A stretch of 64,000 nucleotides of DNA from an uncultured Candidatus Saccharibacteria bacterium (GTDB lineage Bacteria > Patescibacteriota > Saccharimonadia > Saccharimonadales > Saccharimonadaceae), in NCBI GenBank assembly GCA_946537195.1, contig CAMNFE010000001.1, positions 4,435-68,434 on the forward strand, read 5' to 3'. The position numbers were made by a program, and so were the translations under genes. Within the stretch, counting starts at the first letter, position 1. The number at the start of each line of letters is the position of its first letter. Positions 9,115 through 16,898 of the stretch are shown piece after piece. A model generated the notes under the pieces. That model made no database searches, was not told the origin of the DNA, and saw nothing but the letters and a program-made list of their open reading frames with translations.

Positions 9115-10473
9115 ATGAGATTCAAAAAAATCTTACTTATTTTGACTTTACTTGCATCTGTTTTCTTGTGCTTCTTTGCCGCTACGGCGGTTTTTGCGGA
9201 AGAAGGCGCCTCGGGTGTTCAACTCGCACCGGAAAAAGACCCAGAATGCGCCACTATACTAAAAGCTTTTTGTAATAGTTCCGGGAATGATATTATTGAA
9301 ATCTTGAAGTTTGTTATTGGTATTTTTACGGTCGGTATCGTAGTCCTTGCAACGATTGGTATTATTTGGTGTGGGTTCATAATCATGACAGCACGAGATG
9401 ATGCATCGCAGGTCACAAAAGCCAAAAAGCGTTTGTTTGAAATCGTAATCGGAATTGTAATTTGGGCAATTAGCTCAGGTTTGTTAGCTATGTTATTGCC
9501 AACTTTTACGGGCACAATCGAGGAGCCAGACGTAGGCGCACCAGACATGCCGGGATCGGCAGACGAAAGATCATATAAAGAAAAAGAACAAGAATCAAGA
9601 AAATACACTAGTAGTAATCCTGCAAACGACAATTCTAAAAAGTCATCGCAAAACGGCGGGTCTAATTCTAATAATAAATCCGGCAGCAATGATAGCGGCG
9701 CCGCAAAGAACACTCCTAACGTTCCAGACAAAGTTACTATAACCGTAAAAGATACAGGCGCATATCGAGCCGTCGAAACGTCGGCTGGAGCAATCCCTTA
9801 CGTCTATACTCCTAATGGTGGCTATGCGCAAAATCCTAGCACAGTAGCAAGTAAGTTGAAGAAGAAAAAAGTGCTCGTTATTGCGAATGCCGGCACATTT
9901 AATATGGGGACTGGGAGAGCGTCCGGTATCGTAATCGCAAAAGGCAAGAGAGTTCAAGATCATAAAAAATCAGAGTGCCAAGCGTTAGTAATAGACCGTT
10001 ATGGCCAAAATCCAGGTTGGGTTAGTGCAGCCTCTAATGCAAAAAGCTTAATTGCTGGAAAAACCCAATATAATGATATGTACGGTAAAAAGGTTAAAGG
10101 TGCCGTCTATTCCGCATCATCCTGTTATGGTCCGTTGGTAGTTGGCGGAAAAATTTCTTATAAGTATGCCAAAATCAAAGATCATTACGTGAACCGACGC
10201 GCACGCTCTATCTTCTGTGCTAAAAAATCTGGCAATTCAATTAAATACGCAATCATTTCAAATAGGAATGAAGGTTCTGGTGGCGGATGGGATTTCAGCC
10301 GGATGGCAAAGGCTGCTAAAAATTACGGCTGTACTTTTGCATACAACTTTGATGGTGGTGGTAGCACGGTATTATATACACGCAAAAAGACATCATCAAG
10401 CTTCTCACATTATGGCGGTAGCCGTAGTGTTCCAACTTACATAATCTTTACTGCCGACAATAAACCGATTTAA
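9115..10473 (+). CDS. membrane-anchored phosphodiester glycosidase (NAGPA/DUF2233) domain protein with an N-terminal VirB2/TrbC-like two-helix module
   Basis: Signal peptide (...TAVFA/EE), a C-x8-C motif and two TM helices split by ARDDASQVTKAKKRLFE. An S/N/G/K-rich linker follows. The C-terminal domain carries ...VIANAGTFNMG... and ...NFDGGGSTVLY, as in DUF2233. Confidence 0.65.
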   Translation: MRFKKILLILTLLASVFLCFFAATAVFAEEGASGVQLAPEKDPECATILKAFCNSSGNDIIEILKFVIGIFTVGIVVLATIGIIWCGFIIMTARDDASQVTKAKKRLFEIVIGIVIWAISSGLLAMLLPTFTGTIEEPDVGAPDMPGSADERSYKEKEQESRKYTSSNPANDNSKKSSQNGGSNSNNKSGSNDSGAAKNTPNVPDKVTITVKDTGAYRAVETSAGAIPYVYTPNGGYAQNPSTVASKLKKKKVLVIANAGTFNMGTGRASGIVIAKGKRVQDHKKSECQALVIDRYGQNPGWVSAASNAKSLIAGKTQYNDMYGKKVKGAVYSASSCYGPLVVGGKISYKYAKIKDHYVNRRARSIFCAKKSGNSIKYAIISNRNEGSGGGWDFSRMAKAAKNYGCTFAYNFDGGGSTVLYTRKKTSSSFSHYGGSRSVPTYIIFTADNKPI

Positions 10474-10475
10474 TT

Positions 10476-11666
10476 TCACTTGATATGAAAGCGAATAAAT
10501 AACAGTATCGCAAGAATAATACCTGCGACAAAGATCCCGGCGCCAATGAACATGGCAATTATAAGTGGGTAGTTGTAAAATTCAATTTCATCGCGAAGAT
10601 ATATTTTAGTTTCGTATAGTTTTTCCGTGCCGTTATAAATCGAAAAAGTTCCCAGCTCAGAGCCTAAGGCGATTTCTGGTGTTATCTCTTCAATACCCTC
10701 ATAACGATATTCAAGTTGAGAACGATCGATATCTTTATGGATCACGGCTTTTGCGCCCTGCTCTGCAAAAAGATCTAGAGTTTTTTGCTTACTATCGCGT
10801 ACGGCGAGTGTTTTAATTGGGTCGCCTTTCTTTAATATCTCTTTTTCAATATAAGTATCCTGGGTGTATTTATATATCTTCTCAGCATCTTTAATATGAT
10901 TTAGCGAATCTGAGTTTGCCCCAAGTGTAATAAGGACATAATTAACGCCATTAAGATTTGCATTACTAGCAAGACAACGCCCGGCTAATTCTGTATACCC
11001 TGTCTTGCCGCCAATTATGAGTGGTCGCTTAGAAAAGGTTTTGGTTGCCGTAAGATTGACTGAAGGCAATTTATGCTCATAGGTTTTGAAGATAGTCGAA
11101 AAGGTTTCATTCTTGAGAGCTTCTTCTAGAATAACGGCAAAATCACTGGCGGTAGAATAATTATTTTCGTTCATACCTACAGGATTATTAAAATGAGTAT
11201 TCTTTAATCCTAACTTCTCTGCCTTTTGATTCATAAGTTTAGAAAAACCATCAATGGAGCCGCCAGTAGAAATAGCGAGTGCTTGAGCTGCGTCTGCGGC
11301 GGACGGAAGAAGCGTTGCGTATAATAGATCTTCGACGGTTGCGTTCTGACCGACTTTTAATCCGATAGCAACGTAGTCGCCAAGATTACTGACCATGTCA
11401 TGCGTAATAGTAATTTTTTCGTCGAGCTTATGTTTTTCTATAGCTATCAAAGCTGTCATAATTTTCGTTAAGGACGCAACAGGAACGCGTTTGTCTGCGT
11501 CCTTGGAAAGAATCACTTTATGGTGGTCGATATCGACAAGTATCACTTCTTTGGAGTCAATCTTGAGCTCCTCTAAAATCTCCGCATCCTTTTTAAGGGC
11601 AGCTGCCGGCAGGCCTTGCGCTGTACATAAAACTAAAGTCATAAGAAATACACTAGCTTTTCGCAT
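10476..11666 (-). CDS. dacA: D-alanyl-D-alanine carboxypeptidase (peptidase S11, PBP5-like) with a C-terminal TM anchor
   Basis: SxxK motif = SLTK and KTG motif = GGKTGYT. The SxN position reads SAA. TGA stop. Confidence 0.8.
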   Translation of the reverse strand: MRKASVFLMTLVLCTAQGLPAAALKKDAEILEELKIDSKEVILVDIDHHKVILSKDADKRVPVASLTKIMTALIAIEKHKLDEKITITHDMVSNLGDYVAIGLKVGQNATVEDLLYATLLPSAADAAQALAISTGGSIDGFSKLMNQKAEKLGLKNTHFNNPVGMNENNYSTASDFAVILEEALKNETFSTIFKTYEHKLPSVNLTATKTFSKRPLIIGGKTGYTELAGRCLASNANLNGVNYVLITLGANSDSLNHIKDAEKIYKYTQDTYIEKEILKKGDPIKTLAVRDSKQKTLDLFAEQGAKAVIHKDIDRSQLEYRYEGIEEITPEIALGSELGTFSIYNGTEKLYETKIYLRDEIEFYNYPLIIAMFIGAGIFVAGIILAILLFIRFHIK

Positions 11667-11674
11667 ATGACTAC

Positions 11675-11683
11675 ATTATACAA
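11675..11683 (-). promoter_or_regulatory. -10 promoter (TTGTATAAT) for the dacA-like gene
   Basis: The hexamer lies 8 nt upstream of ATG 11666, and there is no SD. Confidence 0.45.
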
Positions 11684-11797
11684 CCGATTGATTTATTGCG
11701 CTTTTTGTTTTATAATATAAAGAGGTAAGGGTTTAAGACACTCTATGTCGACCTTAGATTTTGGTCTGAGGAAAAAAACTTATAAGGGGGTGAAAGA

Positions 11798-12331
11798 GTG
11801 AATCTTCCAAACAAATTAACCCTGGCACGAATCGTGCTAATACCGTTCTTTGTGGTACTATTGGTGGCACCATTAGGCATCCTAGGACAGAATTGGATAG
11901 CGTTGATTGTCTTTGCGGCAGCATGCATCACAGACTTTCTAGATGGCCAGATTGCGCGCAGGCGCAATCTAATCACTACATTCGGAAAGTTTATGGATCC
12001 ATTAGCGGACAAGTTATTAGTCTGCTCTGCCCTAGTTTGCTTAAGTAGTATGCAGATTGTCCCAGCCTGGATGACGGTCGTAATAATCTCACGCGAATTC
12101 GTCGTGAGCGGATTAAGGCTAGTGGCCGCAGAACGTGGCATTGTCATTGCGGCGGGATGGTCCGGCAAGATTAAGACAACACTGCAGATGTTCGCGATTA
12201 TCTTCCTAATTGCAGGTATCGATGAACTCAGCGTTTTGACTAACATATTACTCTGGGCGGCCGTCGTAATGACGATTGTTTCGATGGTTGAATATCTCTA
12301 CAAAAACCGTACCCTGCTAAGTGATATGTAG
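11798..12331 (+). CDS. pgsA: CDP-diacylglycerol--glycerol-3-phosphate 3-phosphatidyltransferase
   Basis: CDP-alcohol phosphatidyltransferase motif DFLDGQIARRRNLITTFGKFMDPLADK. GTG start with an AAGGGGG RBS. Confidence 0.9.
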   Translation: MNLPNKLTLARIVLIPFFVVLLVAPLGILGQNWIALIVFAAACITDFLDGQIARRRNLITTFGKFMDPLADKLLVCSALVCLSSMQIVPAWMTVVIISREFVVSGLRLVAAERGIVIAAGWSGKIKTTLQMFAIIFLIAGIDELSVLTNILLWAAVVMTIVSMVEYLYKNRTLLSDM

Positions 12332-12343
12332 CCACCCGTACGC

Positions 12344-12373
12344 AAAAACCCGAGCATTAAAGCTCGGGTTTTG
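12344..12373. terminator. bidirectional intrinsic terminator
   Basis: aaaacccgagc/attaaa/gctcgggtttt, between convergent pgsA and the 12390-14549 gene. Confidence 0.75.
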
Positions 12374-12389
12374 CCTTTCTATGTTTAGA

Positions 12390-14549
12390 TTACATTCCAG
12401 GAATTTGGAAAGCACTTGGGTCGGCTGGATATATCTGGTCTTGCATTACGCCATTGCCGCGCGAAGCAGTAGCTTGCGGATTATTGCTCTCTTCAGCCAT
12501 CTGATCCGTGACTGATGGCATTGTAATTGACGGCGCAATGGAGTCATTAGCAGATCCAACCATTTCGTTGCCTTGTTGGATTTGATCAACAAATTCTTGT
12601 GCACTTTGAGCCTGAGGCATTGGCGCGTCTTCAACCGTTGCTGGAGCCGCAGAAGGATCAAACGGCACTGGTGGTGGCGGAAGAATGGTGCCGGCATCGG
12701 GCATTGGAAGCGGGTCAACGTATTCATTATTTACTTCACCCATAATTGGACCGCCCGCATCAACTGGCGCGTTAGGATCAACTTCTGGCGAAATTGGCTC
12801 AGAAACTGGAGCCGGTTCTGGAGAAGTATCCATCACTGGCATGTTTTCTGGGACTGGGGCAATAAGAGGTTCACTTTCAACTGGTGCAGTTTCAGGAACG
12901 GCTGGAGTTGGCTCTTCAGCTGGGGCTGGGGCTGGTTCGCCGGAAAGCTCAGAAGCCATCATCGCGGCGTAGTCTTTCGGAACTTTCGGTGGCGCAAGAG
13001 CTTCACTAGGCGGGACTAAATTCTTTTTACCGTGGGCTACTTGTTCTTGCAGCTCTCCCATTACTGGATTATCTGCTGTTGCGGCTGGCGCTACTAGCTG
13101 CTCAAGTTCAGCAGTGGCAGCAGCTTGCTCTTCTGGGGAAACAGCCATTGGCGCATCGGCCGATAGCTCGATTTGCTCAGGTGCAGCTGGCTGAATTGGC
13201 GCCACTTCTGGTTCAATTGAGGCTTCTGCCGGCATAGGAGCCGTTAATGGCTGAATGTCTGGCGCTTTAACTTCAACAGGAGCTGGCTCAACTTCTTGAT
13301 TTGGGGATCCTTCTGGTTCTGGCATTGGTTCGGGAGCTGGAGCTATAGCTGGTTCGGGAGCTGGAGCTGGCTCCTCAACTGGAGCTGGTTCTGGCTCTGG
13401 TGCTGGAGCTGGCTCTTCAACTGGAGCAGCCGCTTCGGCCGGTGCCGGTTCTGGTTCCGCAGCAGGTTCTGGAGCTGGCTCTTCAGCTGGAGTCGGTTCT
13501 GGCTCTGGTGCTGGAGCTGGCTCTTCAACTGGAGCAGCCGCTTCGGCCGGTGCCGGTTCTGGTTCCGCAGCAGGTTCTGGAGCTGGCTCTTCAGCTTTCT
13601 CTTCCGTCTTTTCGGAGTCAGGTTTATCATGTTGGATTGCTAGATTGGTCGGATCGACTGGTTTTTCTGGCTCAGCCTCTTCTTCGGGAGCTTCTTCAGC
13701 TGCCGTTTTGGATTCTTCTGGTTCTTCCTTAGCATCTTCAGTAGCATCAACGACATCGGAAGTAAGAATATCGACAGGAATACTAGACGAAATTAGCTGC
13801 TGATCGGCGCCTGCGGCCATAAGTTTACTGGCTACAGCCATAGTCTCAGGCGAGGTATGTTCATTCGAAAAGCGATTCGTCGCAGAAACGATACCGGCAA
13901 GAAGCGCAGTAGCAGTTGATTTATCGATGTTCTCTTTGCCTTTTTCTTTAATCGCCTCAGCAAGTTCAAAGACCATCTCTGAAACAGAAGAAGCAGCTGG
14001 GTCACCCCATTCGATATCGCCAAATTTGCCTGGAACATTAGCAGAAATATTGATAGAACTGGCGTCGTGCATGATACGGCCATACTCAGCAAGAGCCGAA
14101 TCAAGATCGTCGGAGCTAGCAACATTAAGCGCTATAACAAGGTCAACATTATAGTCGCCATGGCTAAATTCCATGTCTTTTTCATCAATTGTAGTCTTAT
14201 ATGGGGTGATAAATACTTTTACATAATCACCATCAATTTTGTAGCGAAGGTGATCCGCTTTCTCTTTATCAAGAGCAATAATAAAATCTTGTAAACTATT
14301 AGTATTAGTCTCAAAAGTCTTCTCTGGTTCAAGGAATTCTATAGCATTCGGCACAGCGCCAGAGAAAATAGCTGTGGCGTGCTTGCCCATTTTATCTAGT
14401 ATGAAAGTGAGACCCAGAGCAGCAGATAACTCGTCCACACTCGGATCTTTTGAAAGCGCAACTAGCACATTGTCACTGGCACGGACGCGTTCCGCCACCT
14501 GCGAGGCAATACTAGATCCACCTTTGTTCTGAGTATTTTGATTTGGCAT
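12390..14549 (-). CDS. degenerate DHH/NrnA-like N-terminal domain fused to a ~450 aa Pro/Ala/Glu-rich low-complexity region
   Basis: The N-terminal ~270 aa align by eye to the DHH phosphoesterase layout. However, the DxD/PDGD and DHH positions read [11 protein letters not shown] and INISANV. The remainder is PAPEPE-type repeats. Confidence 0.45.
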   Translation of the reverse strand: MPNQNTQNKGGSSIASQVAERVRASDNVLVALSKDPSVDELSAALGLTFILDKMGKHATAIFSGAVPNAIEFLEPEKTFETNTNSLQDFIIALDKEKADHLRYKIDGDYVKVFITPYKTTIDEKDMEFSHGDYNVDLVIALNVASSDDLDSALAEYGRIMHDASSINISANVPGKFGDIEWGDPAASSVSEMVFELAEAIKEKGKENIDKSTATALLAGIVSATNRFSNEHTSPETMAVASKLMAAGADQQLISSSIPVDILTSDVVDATEDAKEEPEESKTAAEEAPEEEAEPEKPVDPTNLAIQHDKPDSEKTEEKAEEPAPEPAAEPEPAPAEAAAPVEEPAPAPEPEPTPAEEPAPEPAAEPEPAPAEAAAPVEEPAPAPEPEPAPVEEPAPAPEPAIAPAPEPMPEPEGSPNQEVEPAPVEVKAPDIQPLTAPMPAEASIEPEVAPIQPAAPEQIELSADAPMAVSPEEQAAATAELEQLVAPAATADNPVMGELQEQVAHGKKNLVPPSEALAPPKVPKDYAAMMASELSGEPAPAPAEEPTPAVPETAPVESEPLIAPVPENMPVMDTSPEPAPVSEPISPEVDPNAPVDAGGPIMGEVNNEYVDPLPMPDAGTILPPPPVPFDPSAAPATVEDAPMPQAQSAQEFVDQIQQGNEMVGSANDSIAPSITMPSVTDQMAEESNNPQATASRGNGVMQDQIYPADPSAFQIPGM
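13391..13596 (-). repeat. in-frame 108-bp tandem duplication (about 2 copies) within the Pro/Ala/Glu-rich region
   Basis: 13391-13488 and 13499-13596 are identical over 98 nt. They encode [33 protein letters not shown] twice. Confidence 0.9.
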
Positions 14550-14589
14550 TTTTGTTTTTTCTGTTTATGTTTTGACCTTTGATAGAGAC

Positions 14590-14598
14590 AGTTTAGCA
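14590..14598 (-). promoter_or_regulatory. extended -10-like element (TGCTAAACT) upstream of 12390-14549
   Basis: Motif read on the minus strand, about 40 nt before ATG 14549. Confidence 0.35.
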
Positions 14599-14638
14599 TA
14601 AGTTCTTTCTTTACGCAAGTGTTAAATCATCTCAACCC

Positions 14639-14667
14639 TTTACAATTTGCAAGTTTTAGAATATAAT
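14639..14667 (+). promoter_or_regulatory. sigma-70-type promoter TTTACA-17-TATAAT for rpsT
   Basis: The hexamers and the 17-nt spacer were counted directly. The element lies 40 nt upstream of ATG 14708. Confidence 0.6.
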
Positions 14668-14707
14668 ATTTGTTAATTGAAATAATAATTTAAGGAATAA
14701 GAACTAA

Positions 14708-15112
14708 ATGCCGATTATCAAATCCGCGAAGAAGGCTGCGCGTCAAGCTGTTAAGCGTCGCGACAACAATAAAGCGATCAAGAAGGTTATCCGCAACGCA
14801 TTGAAGGATTTCCGCAACAAACCAACTGCCGAAAAGATGGCAATCGTACAATCAGAGTATGACAAAGCCGTGAAAAAAGGCCTCATAAAGAAGAATACTG
14901 CAAGCCGCCGCAAGGCTAATCTTGCAAAGTGGGCAAAAGAACACAATGTTAAACTAGCTGCCAGCAAAAAGACCGCAGCAGAAAAAGCTCCAGCTAAGAA
15001 AGCTACAACCACTAAGACTACTGCGGCCAAAAAAGCTCCAGCAAAAAAGACTACTGCAGCTAAGAAACCAGCAGCAAAGAAAACTGCTACTAAAAAAGCA
15101 GCTGAAAAATAA
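14708..15112 (+). CDS. rpsT: 30S ribosomal protein S20 with a Lys/Ala-rich C-terminal extension
   Basis: MPIIKSAKKAARQAVKRRDNNKA... is the S20 core (~85 aa). It is followed by an AAKKAPAKKTTAAKKPAAKKTATKK tail. Confidence 0.9.
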   Translation: MPIIKSAKKAARQAVKRRDNNKAIKKVIRNALKDFRNKPTAEKMAIVQSEYDKAVKKGLIKKNTASRRKANLAKWAKEHNVKLAASKKTAAEKAPAKKATTTKTTAAKKAPAKKTTAAKKPAAKKTATKKAAEK

Positions 15113-15126
15113 AAATAGTTAGCAAC

Positions 15127-15160
15127 AAAAATATCTCCGCTATATACGGAGATATTTTTT
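15127..15160. terminator. bidirectional intrinsic terminator
   Basis: aaaatatctccg/ctatata/cggagatatttt, between convergent rpsT and the CYTH gene. Confidence 0.75.
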
Positions 15161-15162
15161 AT

Positions 15163-15726
15163 TTATCCTGCAATGGTTGGATGGTCGGAGGATTCTAATA
15201 GTTCCCCGTAGCTCTGCTCAATAGCTTTACCCTTAACCTTTAGCACACGGAAAGTCTCTACTAGATCATTAAAGGCCTCTTCTGGGTCGTCAGACTCGCT
15301 GAGATCTGATTCAATACGGCCATAATAGCCTGGGAGGCCGTCAACTTTATCGATATACATATTAATCGTATCGCCCATCTTTAGCTCTTCGCGGCGGCGA
15401 CTGACTTCATACTTAAGCTCATAACCAAGCTGAAATACGATATGGGCAGTTTCGGTATAATCTTTTACGACCGTAGAATTGACGATATCATAGTGCTGAT
15501 CTTCAAAATGACGACGAAGCACCAGGGCGTAAATCGTCTTGTCTGGCGATTTTACGATAGTACGCAAAGATAGACGCGGCATAGATTTACTGCGAGCATA
15601 GTTTTTAGGTACAAAGATACGATCGTGTTGCCAGTATGGTTCAGAGAATTTAAAATTAATTTCTTCTAGAGTTTGGATAAAGTCAGCACGACTTTGTAGC
15701 TTCATTTTGACAATAGATTTTTTCAT
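15163..15726 (-). CDS. CYTH-domain protein (class IV adenylate cyclase/triphosphatase-like)
   Basis: The beta-rich layout with ...RLSLRT...YALVLRRH...MYIDKVDGLPGYYGRIESD resembles the CYTH YxDxVxGLGxFxEIE block. The N-terminal ExExK motif is degenerate. Confidence 0.55.
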   Translation of the reverse strand: MKKSIVKMKLQSRADFIQTLEEINFKFSEPYWQHDRIFVPKNYARSKSMPRLSLRTIVKSPDKTIYALVLRRHFEDQHYDIVNSTVVKDYTETAHIVFQLGYELKYEVSRRREELKMGDTINMYIDKVDGLPGYYGRIESDLSESDDPEEAFNDLVETFRVLKVKGKAIEQSYGELLESSDHPTIAG

Positions 15727-16139
15727 AGAGTTGCTCCTTCGCGGGCTTTATTCGCCCATTCGTCCGCATCCTCGTTTCCGTCGGTCCCGGCATGTCCACG
15801 GGTCCACTCCAGAGTTACCTCTGGTTTTTCGAGGTAAAGCGCGTATAATTCCTGAACGAGCTCGAGATTCTTGATCTCGCCGTTTTTCTTTTTCCAACCG
15901 TTCTTTTGCCAACCGGCCGCCCACTTTGTGACGACGTTGACCCAAAATTCACTATCGGTCGAGATTATATCGCCGGCTTGAGCGATTTTGTAGGCAGCGA
16001 TGAGGGCTTGAGCCTCCATACGGATGTTTGTAGAATCTTTTTCGCGACCAAGCGCAACCGGCTGACCATTTAAAATGACGGCGTAACCGCCTGGACCAGG
16101 GTTGGGGCTTGCGCTACCATCTGTATAATAGTGTGCCAT
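15723..16139 (-). CDS. rnhA: ribonuclease HI
   Basis: TDGSASPNPGPGGYA...MEAQALI...TDSEF...GHAGTDGNEDADEWA. The TGA stop overlaps the CYTH ATG (ATGA). Confidence 0.9.
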   Translation of the reverse strand: MAHYYTDGSASPNPGPGGYAVILNGQPVALGREKDSTNIRMEAQALIAAYKIAQAGDIISTDSEFWVNVVTKWAAGWQKNGWKKKNGEIKNLELVQELYALYLEKPEVTLEWTRGHAGTDGNEDADEWANKAREGATL

Positions 16140-16147
16140 ATACCATT

Positions 16148-16156
16148 ATTCTACCA
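16148..16156 (-). promoter_or_regulatory. extended -10 promoter (TGGTAGAAT) for the rnhA operon
   Basis: 8 nt between the hexamer and ATG 16139, and there is no SD. Confidence 0.5.
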
Positions 16157-16182
16157 TAGTCTTCCCTGTTGCAAAGCTTAAC

Positions 16183-16211
16183 TTGAAAAAGTTGCATAAG
16201 TGTGATATAAT
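16183..16211 (+). promoter_or_regulatory. promoter TTGAAA-17-(TGa)TATAAT
   Basis: Near-consensus -35, 17-nt spacer and extended -10. It lies ~70 nt upstream of ATG 16284, which has a GGGGGA RBS. Confidence 0.6.
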
Positions 16212-16283
16212 AATATATGTTGGGGATTTTTGCGTGTAAAACGTAAAAACAGCCAATGCACAAAAAAAGGGGGAGTGTTTTTT

Positions 16284-16670
16284 ATGAACGTTCTTTTAAT
16301 CGTACTTGTTTTCTTCGCTCTACTAACTATTGTCGCCATAGCAATTCTAGGAGCAATCTCAAAAAAGCCGTCGATCCTGTTACTCGCGTTAATAGCCATA
16401 GCTATCATGGCGCCCGTATTGCTTGCTCAGGCAGAGCCTGCCGATTCGCGAGAATATCGCGTTATCTATTCGAAAGATAGCGATATCGTCGTAGTCGATG
16501 ATGAGACTGGCAAGACGAGACGCTATAGCCTAGATGGGATAATCCATGAGGATGTGTCCTACAAAATAGGAGACTACGTGACGGTGATAGTTACGGGTAC
16601 TGGAAGCACGGTCTATATTGCTCCGAGCGATCAAAATGTCGTGGTACCAGAAAAAGATCCGAAGAAGTAA
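16284..16670 (+). CDS. small membrane protein, unknown function
   Basis: I chose the start at MNVLLIVLVFF because of the GGGGGAG RBS. Two N-terminal TM helices are followed by a beta-rich ~80 aa domain. Confidence 0.45.
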   Translation: MNVLLIVLVFFALLTIVAIAILGAISKKPSILLLALIAIAIMAPVLLAQAEPADSREYRVIYSKDSDIVVVDDETGKTRRYSLDGIIHEDVSYKIGDYVTVIVTGTGSTVYIAPSDQNVVVPEKDPKK

Positions 16671-16680
16671 CCCAACCCTT

Positions 16681-16716
16681 GGCCGCATACTGAACATAAT
16701 CAGTAGCGGCCTTTTT
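16681..16716 (+). terminator. intrinsic terminator
   Basis: GGCCGC-a-TACTGA/acataa/TCAGTA-GCGGCC followed by TTTTT. Confidence 0.7.
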
Positions 16717-16746
16717 CATGATTGATTTGGCGCTACCCCTGATTAA

Positions 16747-16755
16747 TGCTAAAAT
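16747..16755 (+). promoter_or_regulatory. extended -10 promoter (TGCTAAAAT) for tRNA-Leu
   Basis: The hexamer ends 8 nt before the mature tRNA 5' end. Confidence 0.5.
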
Positions 16756-16763
16756 AGAGCCAT

Positions 16764-16850
16764 GCCCGCGTGGCGGAATTGGCAGACGCGCTAGCTTCAG
16801 GTGCTAGTGCCTTTACGGGCGTGCTGGTTCAACTCCAGTCGCGGGCACCA
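16764..16850 (+). tRNA. tRNA-Leu (anticodon CAG), long variable arm, CCA encoded
   Basis: 87 nt: acceptor GCCCGCG/CGCGGGC, anticodon loop TTCAGGT, 15-nt variable arm. Confidence 0.9.
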
Positions 16851-16865
16851 TATCTTGAAGACAAC

Positions 16866-16896
16866 AAAAATCTCGCCCCTAAAGGCGAGATTTTTT
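16866..16896. terminator. bidirectional intrinsic terminator
   Basis: aaaaatctcgcc/cctaaa/ggcgagattttt. It serves tRNA-Leu (+) and the end of the pilus operon (-). Confidence 0.75.
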
Positions 16897-16898
16897 AA

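Noticed and set aside
13391-13596. I considered the tandem repeat as a possible CRISPR array.
   Set aside because: There are only ~2 copies. They are directly abutting with no spacers and are in frame inside a coding region. No cas genes are present.
12446-13732. Several ORF-track entries lie antisense to, or out of frame with, the Pro/Ala/Glu-rich gene. Examples are 12573-13019, 13296-13643 and 13400-13732, with W/F/S/R- or L/Q-rich translations.
   Set aside because: They are alternative-frame readings of a GC-skewed repetitive coding region. They have no RBS or promoter and implausible composition. The in-frame DHH-like gene explains the region.
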